DNA of 64,000 bases from Squalus acanthias (taxonomy: Eukaryota): positions 115,446,001-115,510,000 of the forward strand of contig CM059432.1 of the NCBI GenBank assembly GCA_030390025.1, given 5' to 3'. The notes beneath the pieces are model-generated. The model saw only the letters and a program-made list of their open reading frames with translations, did no database searches and had not been told where the DNA came from. Positions 12,089 to 24,355 of this stretch are shown piece after piece. The position numbers and the translations under genes were made by a program. How positions within the stretch are numbered: position 1 is the first letter of the stretch; each line of letters begins with the position of its first letter.

Positions 12089-12544
12089 AGGTGTCAGCTG
12101 TGGCTCAGTTGGTAGCACCCTCGCCTCTGAGTTAGAAGGTTTTGGGTTCAAGTCCCACTCCAGAGACTTGAGCACTAAAAATCTAGACTGACAGTCCAGT
12201 GCAGTGCTGAGGGAGTGCTGCACTGTTGGAGGTGCCGTCTTTCAGATAAAACATTAAACCGAGGACCTGTCTGCCCTCTCAGATCCTATGACAATATTTC
12301 AAAGAAGAGCAGGGGAGTTATCCCCGGTGTCCTGGCCAATATTTATCCCTCAATCAACATTACTAAAACAGATTATCTGGTCATTATCACATTGCTGTTT
12401 GCGGGAGCTTGCTGTGCGCAAATTGGCTGCCGCATTTCCTACATTACAACCGTGACTACACTTCAAAAAGTACTTCATTGGCTGTAAAATGCTTTTGGAC
12501 GTCTGATGGTCATGAAAGGCGCTATATAAATGCAAGTCTTTTTT
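12089..12544 (+). mobile_element. Full-length DeuSINE (SacSINE1-like)
   Basis: tRNA-like head (TGGCTCAGTTGGTAG A-box; GGTTCAAGTCCC B-box); Deu-domain-like core (GGAGGTGCCGTCTTTC...GAAGAGCAGGGGAGTT); L2-like tail GGCGCTATATAAATGCAAG; TSD TATTT (12084-12088/12545-12549). Confidence 0.85.
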
Positions 12545-12812
12545 TATTTGCGTGATAGATACGAACTAAACTTGCCACAGAAAGTTAAGTCTTGTCATTT
12601 CAAGTCAAAGTACCCTTTTAATGATGTAATACATGTTAATTGCTACCAATCAACCTCTCCAGAACTGAAAATTAACTAGTTAAAATTAAAAGTGTGGAGT
12701 CTCATTCCTTTAGACATTAATTTAAAAATGTCAAATTATTATTTTTTTAAATTACTTTTCCTTTCTCTCTTTTTTCTCACTCTCTTAATCCAATCTTTCT
12801 TGCCCTCTCTTT

Positions 12813-14541
12813 GGTCGCGATTTTGCTGACCTCGGCGGGTCCGTGGCAGGCAACATTGGTGGCGGGTCCTGACTGACCCCGCTGCTGGCTCCATCCCACT
12901 CTGTAAAATGAATTTCCCCTGATTGGGCTTGTTAAGCCCGTCCAGCACGTTTCCCGGCCAATTAGAGGAAGTGGGTCTGGTGACATCATTTGATGATGCA
13001 TCATCAGCCGGTTTCCTTAAAGGGACCACGTCCAAATTTATTTTGACATTTGTGCTGTCAATGTTTTACATCATTGAGGTGCTGCAAACACTGACAATGA
13101 CTGCACAAAGGCACAGGCTCTCCCGTCACAGCACGCAGGAAAGTCCTCTTCCCTTCCCATGGGTGGAAGAGACCGCCCCAGGAGATCAACACAGCCTGGT
13201 TGCACATTGCAGAGGAGGGCACAAGCAGGGATGTGGTCAGGAGGACCTGGGTGCAGTGCCACAAATGTTTCAATTATCTCAGTAGATCACAAAATGTTAG
13301 TACAAAGCCACACTCAACCTCATCCTGCTGTGCCTCTCATCACATCCCCAGCACTCTGCCTTCCCTACCCTACTCCTGCACATCCTTACTCACACCATCT
13401 TACCTTCGACCTCCACCCATCCCTCCCTATCTATATTATCACATCCCCATCTCACTAGCCACACCTCACACTCACCCTCATCCTAGTCCAATCATACCAA
13501 CTAACAAGACACAAGGGTAGGCACTTGAGTGTTTATGCAATGTTCATGTAAAGTTTCTGTTAATGTGGTGTCAAACATTGAAACCTTTATTTTCAACACT
13601 TTGCGTTCTTGGATAGATTTGTGTGCACCTTTGGAAGTGGCTTAGTGAGTTGCAGTGAATGGTAAGACATAACGGTACCCCCCACCGCAATGGCGATGAG
13701 TGTGAAAGGAATGGCTTGGGCATTGTAGGGATGCTTTATGGTGTTGGTGTGGGGTGGTGCCAACCTGGCGCATCATGTGGCAGCCAGGGTGTACAGCATC
13801 AGGTGAAGTAAATCTGGCCATGGTGAGGCCATCCCTGGCCTCCCGGGCAGCAATGTGGTCGGGTGCTGATGCCGTGTCCTGTGCAGCATCAGTTGATTGC
13901 GGAGATGGTTGGTGTTGTTGGTGCTGCTGGTTTGCCTGGTGCTGCTGATGTTGGTGCTGATTGTGGTGGGATTCTGAGGACCAAGGTGAGAGAGTATAAA
14001 TGGCACCCATGCTGATGGAATAGATGGCAGGTGAAGTAGAGATGACAGAGCAATCTGTCAATGGTGAGAGAGGTAACGAGGACAGACTGGATGGAGACTT
14101 GTGTAAAGACTTGCAGCATGATGAATCTGTTGTGGAAATGCAGTGAGGAAGAGTTTGTGGATAAGGAAGATATGTCTGTAAGGTGGGAGCTTGTACTGTA
14201 CATTTGAAGCTGTCATCTCAACAGCTGAGTCAATGGCCACTGAACTCCCGCCTCAGCTTGACAGACGTGGTCCATGACCAGCGTGGACCCCATGGGAGAG
14301 CTGTCAAATGCAAAAGGTAAGATGAAAATCATTCTTAAGTGGCTCTAAACAAGCCACTAATTACCTGAATCGGGTCCCCCGCCGCTGCGTGTCGGGTCTG
14401 CTCTGTGCTGACAGACCCGGCATTGGGAAAGGCGTGTGGTGGTGGGTTCACAGCGGGGTCCCGATACGCTGTGAACAAAAAACACTTTCCCACTCGACCT
14501 GCCACCGATCGCGCCCGCTGACCCCCTGCAAAATTCCAGCC
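12813..14541 (+). mobile_element. Harbinger deletion derivative (decayed Myb exon 1, intron and transposase tail)
   Basis: TIRs GGTCGCGATTTTGC / GCAAAATTCCAGCC; TSD TTT. 13097-13510 is closely similar to 39898-40360 (..DVVRRTWVQC.K.FN.L); a minus-strand DHIAAREARDGLTMARF matches the transposase C-terminus. Confidence 0.85.
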
Positions 14542-16379
14542 TTTGTTTCTATTTCTGTACCTGATTTGACATTGAATTCACCCACTCTAATTTACATTTT
14601 CTTCTCAGTCCTTGCGCTGTTAATTTCTCAATCCTTCAATCTGATTGGTTAAGTATACCCTGTTGCTTTCCCTGTTCACTCAGGTCCTAGATGCCTTGTT
14701 AAGGTGCAGTTAGATGCCTTGCCACAGCAAAACCTGGGCCAATGTTTTTACTCTCTGTGCCAACAAAGATCGTCCAAATTATATTTTAACTATCACATTT
14801 CAAATTTAAAATATATGTGTTTCTGCTGATTTTAATTAAACTCTATACAGACCATCGTTCCTTCCTCACTACATTTTTTAACTGTAGATTTTAACAATAT
14901 TTTGAAATAATTAGGAAACAGACTATCTAAAGAAGTAGGTCTCGCCTTCCTTTACCCTGTCTCTGGATAATTATTAGTCCTGCCTGGGAAACCGAATCAG
15001 GGATCACACAAATAGGAATGTTTAGTTACTGTTTGCTTAAAATGCTTATCCTGACAGAGTAAGCTGAGTCTGTTCCATTTGCATTTAACTATATATTTTT
15101 TTACCTCATAGATTATTGGTGATAGAATCAGAATATTAACAATTCTAGCACCAATAATGTCAATTGGGGTATTTTATTTTTCTGATGCTTATTCTTCCAT
15201 TGGTTAAGATAATATTTAGTGGATGGAATTACCCAATATTTTCTCAGATTTAAGCACTAGATACTGTTTCAGCCAAACAAGATTACAGTATTGCTCATAA
15301 ATTAAACTTAACAGTGCAGGTAACTTTCACTTGCTGTAGACTTTGTAGTCACACTCTAAGTGTCTTTTTTGAGCATTTTATTAACACTTCTTATATTTTA
15401 GTCCCAAGGTGAATGCAACTGTAATTTTATAGGTCCTCAGCCTCCACTTATTCCCTGATCTCTGAGAAGAGACAACCACAACCTGATTAAATAATGTAGG
15501 AAATTATGTAAAAAGAGAAAATACTTAGATGGGTGACATAATAGACTTCACCTTACTGTGTATACTGTACAATTTCCTTAGAAGGGCAATTAACTTAATA
15601 GCAGCAGGGAACTGTGCACTGTAGATCAGTAAACTTGCTTTCCTGAAGATTTGTACAGTATGTAAATCAGTGTTCCATTGATTGTGTATACAGTTCTCAA
15701 AGAATAATTCTGAGCACTAATTGAAACACACAAGTGTTAATGTAGTCAACATTCAAGATTGTTTTGTAAATGTCTCTATTTTTAAGAACCCATACCTTCT
15801 CATCTCTTTTGAAATTATCCCCAGAATGTATTTAGATTTATACTGAATAATAAAGTAGAATCTTAACTAACCTATATTGTGGACAGGAAGGTTCAGCAAT
15901 ATAAGTTATCAGTTCAGCTCCATGGCAATGGATTAAACTTGTCTACTTTACCCATACCAGTTTGAAGCACATTACTACAAAACAGAAGTATTTTCACCGT
16001 ACATAAATGTAATAAGATCCTCAACAATGGCTGAATACCCAGCTGGTAGACATTACTCTGTTGATAGAGAAAATAGATATGTTCAATCTAAATGGGAGCC
16101 TTACTTCTTCTTTACTATATCAGAATAGAGATTTATGGAGCCAATCTGCATGTCAACACAAACTTAACCAGATATTCAGCCTAATAATTTCTGAACATTG
16201 GTAAATTTTGGTTCAGCTATTTTGAATCATCTTTTAAAACTTTTGCTTTTGGAATTTACTGATATAAAACAAAATTCCAACTTAAATAATATGTTGAACA
16301 AATGTCAAAACAAAGGTGTGTCAATGAAGGAGTTTGAAATTTCCATATGAGGCTCTTAAATAAATTAAAAGTTATGTGG

Positions 16380-17370
16380 CTATCTGAGGCTGAACCAGAC
16401 TGACGTAAGAAAACTACGAGGCACTTGGTCTAAGTGTTAAACAAAGCTTTAATCAACTGTTTTACAACATGAAGGTCTAGTTGTGTCCTTCACTAGTTCC
16501 TGTTAAGAATGTCCTGCGCAAGCTGGGCCCATGCCCAAGTATTTATACTCTCCCTGGACAGCGCCACCCGCAGGCCACTCAGTATTATTTCATAAGTCTT
16601 TCTTTCATGAATGACAGATTCATGTCACAGACCATTCACAACCTTGGTGTCATATTTGACCCTGAGATGAGCTTCTGACCACATATCCGCTCCATCACAA
16701 AGACTGCTTAATTCCACCTCAGTAACATCACCTATTTCCGCCCCAGCCTTAACTCGTCTGCTGCTGACACCCTCATCCATGCCTTTGTTATGTCTGGACT
16801 TAACTATTCCAATTCTCTCCTGGTCGGCCTCCCATCTTCCACACTCCATAAACTTGAACTTATCCAAAACTCTGCTGTCCGTGTCCTAACTCGCAACAAG
16901 TCCCGTTCTCCCATCAACCCTGTGCTCGCTGACCTACATTGGCTCCTGGTCTGGTAATGCTTTGATTTTAAAATTATTTTCCTTGTTTTCAAATCCCTCC
17001 ATGGCCTTGCCCCTCCCTATCTCTGTAACCTCCTTCAGCCCCACAACCCTCTGAGATCTCTGTGCTCCTCTAATTCTGGCCTCTTGTGCATCCCCGATTT
17101 TCAATGCTCCTCCATTGGTGGCCGTGCCTTCAGCTGCCTAGGCCATAAGCTCTGGAATTCCCTCCCTAAACATCTCCACCTCTCTATGTCTCTCTCCTTC
17201 TTTAAGACGCTCCGTAAAACCTTCCTCTTTGACCAAGCTTTTGGTCATCTGCCCTAATATCTACTTGTGTGGCTCAGTGTCAAATTTTGTTTGCTAACCT
17301 TCCTGTGAAGTAGCATGGGACATTTTACTACATGAAGGGCACTATATAAATACAAGTTGTTGTTGCTGTT
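16380..17370 (+). mobile_element. L2-clade LINE, 3' fragment (interrupted at 16401-16627)
   Basis: RT C-terminal motifs NLGVIFDPEMSF, LIHAFV.SGLNYSN, LIQNSA.R.L, LHWL; 3' tail ...GGCACTATATAAATACAAG(TTG)n. Confidence 0.85.
16401..16627 (-). mobile_element. 227-bp solo LTR inserted in L2
   Basis: Termini TGAC...GTCA; perfect 5-bp TSD CAGAC (16396-16400/16628-16632); minus-strand TATAAAT (~16541) precedes ATTAAA (~16448). Removing it restores the L2 sequence seen at 52597-52630. Confidence 0.75.
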
Positions 17371-17749
17371 AACCTAAAAAGGATTGATATCATTGCTATA
17401 GATTACACTCTGTAAATCTCTTTACAAAATCTCGCTGATGTGAATTTGGTTTTACGTAAATTAAAGTTCATTAACATTAGCTCGAATATTGGTGTTGTAG
17501 TAGCTATCAATCTGACATCTGATTCAGTGAAATGGTGCACTAAATTTAAGAAATAATAAATGCCTGGCTTACCTTAGGAGAAAAGTCAATCAAAGTACAT
17601 TGTTACCATCTCAAGTAAATGTCAACATTTGAGTGCAATAATCCATTTGACTGGTGGCTTTCAAGTTTGCCTTCTGACTCTACAATGAAATGAATGTGCA
17701 ATTCTGCAATCTATTTCTCCCCATTCCAAGTGGATGCCAAGTGACAATG

Positions 17750-18200
17750 ATGAGGTTCTTCAGTTATGTGGAGAGACTAGAGAAGCTGGGATTCTTCTTC
17801 TTAGAGCAGAGAAGGTTAAGGGGAGATTTAATAGAAGTGTTAAATATTATGAGAGGTGTTGAAAGTAGATAGGTAGAAACTGTTTCCATTGGCAGGAGGG
17901 TCAGTAACCAGAGATCACATATTTAAGATAACTGGCAAAAAATCCAGGGGAGAAATTAGGAGAATTTTTTTACACAGCGAGTTGTTATGATCTGGAATGC
18001 AGTACTTCAGGGGGTAGTGGAAGCAGATTTAATAGTAACTTTTAAAAAGGAATTGGAAAATACTTGAAAAGGAGAAATTTGCAGCTCTATGGGGCAAGAG
18101 CAGGGGAGTGGGGCTAATTGAATGGCTCTTTCAAAGAGCCGGCACAGACACAATGGACCAGATAGCCTCCTTCTGTGCTGTATAATTCTGTGATACTATG
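17750..18200 (+). mobile_element. CR1 LINE 3' fragment
   Basis: SYVERLEKLG.F.LEQRRLRGDLIEV motif and CR1-type 3' UTR. Confidence 0.85.
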
Positions 18201-19054
18201 ACAAGATTACGGATACAATGCTAGATTTCCTTGAGGTCCTGTGTATAGGCATAAAGTATCTTTTGGTGGTAACTATGTGTGAACCATGGATAGTTACTAC
18301 TGAGCTATAAGAATATGGTAATTTATAGTTAATGGCAAATAAAACCATTTTGTGGAAGTAACATGTAATAATGTAAATTTAACACTTTAACAATAAGAGA
18401 TGAGCAACTACTTAAGTGTAGTTTATAGCGAAAACTGGATCCAAAATTTACATGGAAGCCACAATTGAGAGAGAGATTTTCGCAGATTTGTAAAACCATT
18501 TATTAAAAGATTACGTTTTAACATTTTACAAACTTATACTGTATCAATCCTAAGATTATCCAAAATGCAATGACTAAGAATGCAGAAATTTTGGCTGAAT
18601 AAACTGAAAAGGATGGTATGCTTAAAGTGAACTATAATTAATGATTGAAAAGAGCGGCCAAGAATAGAAGTCTGTCAGCATAGAAAAACACTGAGTGTTG
18701 CAGAACAGAAAGTGTCTCCAGTTTTTAGCTTTACGAAGGAAGAGACCACAGTCATTGGGCCCTCAGATTCTGATTGGTTATTTCTGTAACATTATAAATT
18801 ATATCATGTTATATCACTGTATAAAATATCAACTACACATAATGTAGGCTCACATCATATCAATATCGCTTTACACAGCATATTGCAATGCTTATATATT
18901 CCATTCCTGCTTTTCCGCATTCAAAGGCATATGTTTCTAAATCATTCACTCATAACTGCACAGGTGATCAATTCATATCCCAAACCTTGGCTGGAATACT
19001 GGATGAAGACACCCATCATTATGTCTGAAGAGGTGGAGAATATTTGGAGGAAGA

Positions 19055-19170
19055 GAGTTCTGTCAGTACTGCACTGAAGTGTCAGCCTAGATTATCTGCT
19101 TAAGTCCTTCATTGGGACTTGAGACCACGACCTTCTGACTCAGGGTATAGAGTGCTACTGGTGAGGCAAA
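19055..19170 (-). mobile_element. DeuSINE head fragment
   Basis: Reverse complement of the 12089 SINE head (CAGTACTGCACTG...GTCAGCCTAGATT...GGGACTTGA). Confidence 0.6.
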
Positions 19171-19341
19171 TTGGTATGTACAAGAGATACGTAGGAAACA
19201 AGAAAGGGTGTATCAGTCAAGGGAATCAGGAATTAGCCCCTTAATTCTGTTTCTGTAGACTTTAAGACAAGAATTTTTCAAGGGCTTAGAGCACTGAAAG
19301 TGTTATCAATACTGTACAAACTGTCTTACACCAGCTGTATA

Positions 19342-21860
19342 ATAGAGTCATAGTCATAGAGTCATAGAGTTATACAGCACAGAAAGAGGCCCTTCGGTCC
19401 ATCGTGTCTGCGCCGGCCATCAAGCCCTGTCTATTTTAATCCCATTTTCCAGCACTTGGTCCGTAGCCTTGTATGCTATGGCGTTTCAAGTGCTCATCTA
19501 AATGCTTCTTGAATGTTGTGAGGGTTCCTGCTCTACCACCCTTTCAGGCAGTGAGTTCCAGATTCCAACCACACTCTGGGTGAAAAAGTTTTTCCTCAAA
19601 TCCCCTCTAAACCTCCTGCCCCTTACCTTAAAACTATGCCCCCTGGTTAATGACCCATCTACTAAGGGGAAAAGTTCCTTTCCATCTACCCTATCTATGC
19701 CCCTCATAATTTTGTACACCTCAATCAGGTCCCCCCTCAGCCTTCTCTGCTCTAAGGAAAACAACCCCAGCCTGTCCAGTCTCTCTTCATAGCTGAAGCG
19801 CTGCAGCCCAGGTAACATCCTGGTGAATCTCCTCTGCACCCTCTCCAATGCAATCACATCCTTCCTATAGTGTAGCGACCAGAACTGCACACAGTATTCC
19901 AGCTGTGGCCTAACTAACGTTTTGTACAGCTCCATCATAACTTCCCTGCTCTTATATTCTATGCCTCGGCTAATGAAGGCAAGTATACCATATGCCTTTT
20001 AACCACCTTATCTACCTGTCCTGCTGCCTTCAGGGATCTATGTACATGCACACCAAGGTCCCTCTGATCCTCTGTCCTTCCTAGGGTCCTACCATTCATT
20101 GTGTATTCCCTTGCCTTGTCAGTCCTCCCAAAATGCATCACCTCACACTTTTCAGGGTTAAATTCCATTTGCCACTGTTCTGCCCATCTGACCAACCTGT
20201 CTATATATCATCCTGTAGCCTGAGGCTTCCCTCCTCGCTATTTACCACCCCACCTATTTTCGTGTCATCTGCAAACTTACTGATCATACCTCCTACATTC
20301 ATATCTGAATCATTAATGTACACTACAAACAGCAAAGGACCCAGCACCGATCCCTGCGGTACACCACTGGACATAGGCTTCCAGTCACAAAAACAACCTT
20401 CGACCATCACCCTCTGCCTCCTGCCACTAAGCCAATTTTGGATCCAATGTGCCAAGTTGCCCTGGATCTCATGGGCTCTTACCTTCTTGACCAGTCTCCC
20501 ATGCGGGACTTTGTCAAAAGCCTTACTGAAGTCCATGTAGACCACATCAACTGCACTACCCTCATCCACACACCGAGTCACCCCCTCGAAAAATTCAATC
20601 AAATTGGTCAGACATGATCTGCCCCTGACAAAGCCATGCTGACTATCCTTGATTAATCCTTGCCTCTCCAAGTGGAGACTAATTCTGTCCCTCAGAATTT
20701 TTTCCAATAATTTCCCTACCACTGGCCTGTAATTCCTTGGTTTATCCCTACTACCCTTCTTGAATAATGGTACTACGTTAGCTGTTCTCCAGTCCTCTGG
20801 CACCTCCCCTGTGGCCAGAGAGGTTCTGAAAATTTGTGTCAGAGCCCCTGCAATCTCCTCCCTTGCCTCACACAGCAGCCTGGGATACATCTCGTCTGGG
20901 CCTGGGGATTTATCCACTTTTAAGCCTGCTAAAACCGCTAGTACCTCCTCCCTCTCAATACTAATTTGTTCAAGTATATCACAATCCCCCTGCCTGATTT
21001 CTATGCCTACATCGTCCTTCTCCATAGTGAACACAGATGCAAAATATTCATTTAAAACCCCACCTACATCTTCTGGTTCTACACACAGATTGCCACTTTG
21101 GTCCCTAATGGGCCCTACTCTTTCCCTGGTTATCCTCTTGCCCTTAATATACTTATAAAACACCTTGGGATTTTCCTTTATTTTGCCCGCCAGTGTTATT
21201 TCATGCCCCCTCTTCGCTCTCCTAAGTTCTTTTTTAAGTACCCCCCTGCACTTTCTATACTCCTCTAGGGCTTCCACTGTTTTTAGTCCTTTGTATCTGC
21301 CAAAAGCCTCCCTTTTTTTCCTAATCCATTCTCGTATATCCCTTGACATCCAGGCTTCCCTGGGCTTGTTGGTCCACCCTTGACTTTTACGGGAACATGT
21401 TGCCGTTGTACTCTCTCTATTTCCTTTCTGAAAGACTCCCACTGCTCTGATGTGGATTTTCTTACAAGTAGCTGATCCCAGTCCACTTTGGCCAGATCCT
21501 GCCTTATCATATTAAAATCGGCCTTCCCCCAATTTAGAACCTTTATCTCCGGTCCATCTTTGTCCTTTTCCATGACTACCTTAAATCTCACCGAATTATG
21601 GTCACTGTCACCAGAATGCTCTCCTACTGAGACTTCTACCACTTGCCCGGCTACATTCCCTAGAATCAGGTCTAGTACCGCCCCCTCTCTTGTAGGACTT
21701 TCGACATGCTGGCTCAAAAAGCTCTCCTGAATGCACTTTAAGAATTTCGCACCCTCTAAGCCTTTCACACTCTGACTATCCCAGTTAATATTGGGGAAGT
21801 TGAAATCCCCTACTATTATTACCCTATTATTTCTACACTTCTCTGAGATTTGCCTACATA
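19342..21860 (-). mobile_element. CR1 LINE, 5'-truncated ORF2 (APE endonuclease C-terminus + RT), frameshifted
   Basis: ORFs 21283-21897 (GDFNFPNINW, SDHNSV), 20201-21442 (QHGF, YMDFSKAFDKVPH, GVPQGSVLGP, FADD), 19498-19938; tail repeat (AGAGTCAT)n. Confidence 0.95.
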
Positions 21861-21989
21861 ATGACTCGTGTTCTTGGATTGCAGTATTGCCAGGCAAGGT
21901 TAGCTGAGTAAATTGGCTCTGTCGTTGCTATGCTAACTTTTGCAATGGTGGAAAATCAGTTACCGCTTCAAAATAAAATGTAAAGATTG

Positions 21990-23272
21990 AATAAAGCTTA
22001 CAAAGACAATAAAGGAGAGGATGTACATAGACAATAAAGGAGAGGATGACATAAGGGAATACAAAGAGGTTAGGAAAGAAGTCCACAAAGCAATTAGGAA
22101 AGCAAAGAGAAACTACAAAATTAAATTATCAAGGAATATAAAAAGAAATAGTGAAATATTCTAAAGGCACATAAATAATAAAAGGAAAATTAGGATAGGA
22201 ATAGGGCCACTAAGGGATGCACAAGATAGACTCACAGATAATGACAGCAAAATGGCAGAAATATTGAATAATTACTTTGCCTCAGTATTTACCAGGGAAA
22301 CTAACAAGGTGGGCATGACATTAGAAGAACCGGTCAAAAAATATATAAAGACATTTAAGATAGAAAGGGAGGAGATACTTGATAAACTAATCAAACTTTA
22401 CTAGACTAATACCTGGAATGGGCAGGTTGTCTTATGAGGAAAGGTTGGACAGGCTAGGCTTGTATCCGCTGGAGTTTAGAAGAGTAAGAGGTGACTTGAT
22501 TGAAACATATAAGATCCTGAGGGGTCTGGACAGGGTGGATATGGAGAGGATGTTTCCTCTGGTGGGAGAATCTAGAACTAGGGGTCACTGTTTAAAAATA
22601 AAGGGTCACCCATTTAAGACAGAGATGAGGAGAAATTTTTTCGCACAGAGGGTCGTGAGTCTTTGGAACTCTCTTCCTCAGAGGGCGGTGGAAGCAGAGT
22701 CTTTGAATATTTTTAAGGCAGAGGTAGATAGATTTTTGATAAGCAAGGGGGTGAAAGGTTATCGGGGGTAGGCGGGAATGTGGAGTAATCAGATCAGCCA
22801 TGATCTTATTGAATGGCGGAGCAGGCTCGAGGGGCCGAGTGGCCTACTCCTGCTCCTAATTTGTATGTTCGCATGTATGTTCGTATGTAACTTAGTGAAG
22901 ATAAAACCCCATGCATCCACGCATTTTAAAAGAAGTTAGGGAAGAGATAGCAGAGGCACTATTACATATATATAACAATTCATTAGAAAAGGGAATAGTG
23001 CCAGAGGACTGGCGGACAGCTAATGTTATTCCTCTATTTAAAAAGGGAGATAGAACAAGTCCAGGGAACTAGAGACCAGTTAGCTTAATGTCGGTGACAG
23101 GAAATATAATGGAATCTTTACTCAAAGATGTAATAGAAAAACATCTAGATAACCGAAAATATAATAAAGAGTAGTCAGCACAGATTTCAAAAGGAAAGGT
23201 TATGCTTGATCAATCTTATTGAATTCTTTGAAGAAGTACATAAAGATTAGACAAGGGTAGTGCCGTAAATGT
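21990..23272 (+). mobile_element. Older CR1 fragment, interrupted by a younger CR1
   Basis: NNYFASVFT and GIVPEDWRTANVIPLFKKG motifs on either side of the insert. Confidence 0.8.
22399..22888 (+). mobile_element. CR1/HER1-type 3' fragment nested in CR1
   Basis: ORF 22418-22771 (SYEERLDRLGL..LEFRR.RGDLIE); tail (GTATGTTC)n; TSD AACTT (22394-22398/22889-22893). Confidence 0.9.
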
Positions 23273-23645
23273 AGGTTTAGCATAACTTCCTTGCTTTTGT
23301 ATTCTATGCCTCTAAATATAAAGCAAGGGATCCCATATGCTTTTTCAACACCCTTATCAACTTGTCCTACCACCTTCAAAGATTTGTGTACGAAACCCCC
23401 AGGTCTCTCTGTTCCTGCACCCCCTTTAAAATTGTACCATTTAGCTAATATTGCCTCTCCTCATTCTTCCTTCCAAAATGCATCACTTCACACTTCATCT
23501 GCCATGTGCCTTTCCATTTCACCAGTCTGTTGATGTCCTCTTGAAATCTGTTACTATCCTCCTCATTGTTTACTGCATTTCTGAGCATCGTGTCATCTGC
23601 AAACTATGAAATTATTCCTCATATAACCAAGTCCAGGTCTTTAAT

Positions 23646-24050
23646 ACAAAAGCAAAATACTGCGGATGCTGGAAATCTGAAACAAGAACAGAAAATGCTG
23701 GAAATACTCAGCAAGTCAGGCAGCATCTGTGGAGAGAGAAACAGAGTTAATGTTTCAGGTCGATGACCCTTCGTCAGAACTGGAAAAAGCTGGAGATGGA
23801 CCAGGTTTTTAAGCAAGTGTAGGGGCAGGGAAAGGGGGGAGGGGAGGAAAGAACAAAAGGGAAGGTCTGTGATAGGATGGAAGACAGGAGAGATTAAGAG
23901 ACGTTAAGAGAAATTAAGAGATGGTGCAAGGCAAAAGGAGATGGTAATGGGACAAGTTAAGAAACAAAAGATGGCTCTAGATGAAGTGTAAATGGCACTG
24001 GCAGAATGAAAGACAGCTGCCATGTGGGAGAGAAAAAAAAAGGAAAATAC
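23646..24050 (-). mobile_element. Penelope-like LTR-derived element carrying a hammerhead ribozyme
   Basis: Contains the HHR at 23745-23781 followed by CTCTCCACAGATGCTGCCTGACTTGCTGAGTATTTCCAGC, a motif repeated at ~31690 and ~35155. Confidence 0.65.
23745..23781 (-). ncRNA. Minimal type-I hammerhead ribozyme (one probable CpG-decay change)
   Basis: AGUU-CUGACGA-A-GGGUC(AUC)GACCU-GAAAC-AUU-AACU: stem I AGUU/AACU, stem II, intact core; helix III palindrome AACGUU mutated to AACAUU. Confidence 0.65.
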
Positions 24051-24317
24051 TGTTGGTATTAAAAAGAGCAGTGGTCCTAATACCAACTCCTGGGGGACAC
24101 CACTGTATACTTCCCTTCAGCCAATTTCATATCCACGCTGCCACTGCCCCTTTAGTCCCATGGGCTGCAAGTTACTTTGTATTCTACTGTTTCAGTTTCT
24201 AGATTTCTGGAGCACATGCAATACAGCTTTAGCTTCTAAATCCTTACTTGCTTAATGTATGCATAAAAATGAGAAGTCGCACAACACCAGGTTATAGTCC
24301 AACAGATTTATTTAATT

Positions 24318-24355
24318 TTACAAGCTTTCGGAGCTGTCGCTCCTTCCTCAGGTAA
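24318..24355 (-). ncRNA. Minimal type-I hammerhead ribozyme (dimer-type)
   Basis: Exact reverse complement of 25627-25664. Confidence 0.75.

Larger units (their letters stand above)
11861..14740 (-). mobile_element. Harbinger-like MITE family A, interrupted by a SINE and a Harbinger deletion derivative
   Basis: Ends GGGGCCAGATTCTT / AGCAAAACCTGGGCC. After removing the inserts the sequence is the reverse complement of 3091-3857 (e.g. CCAATCTTTCT...|...TTCTGTACCTGATTTGACATTGAATT). Confidence 0.7.
23273..24170 (-). mobile_element. CR1 RT fragment interrupted by a Penelope-derived element
   Basis: RT motifs on the minus strand at 23273-23645 and 24060-24170 (GVPQ..VLGPLLF). Confidence 0.75.

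Noticed and set aside
12095..12160. tRNA genes here and at 62580-62648
   Set aside because: A/B boxes are SINE heads continuous with SINE bodies.
22004..22048. 20-bp direct repeat with a 5-bp spacer (CRISPR-like?)
   Set aside because: Only two units inside a CR1 in a eukaryote; a local duplication.
21990..24170. Twin-priming inversion of a single CR1
   Set aside because: Segments are tail-to-tail with no 3' tail or shared TSD; more likely separate fragments.
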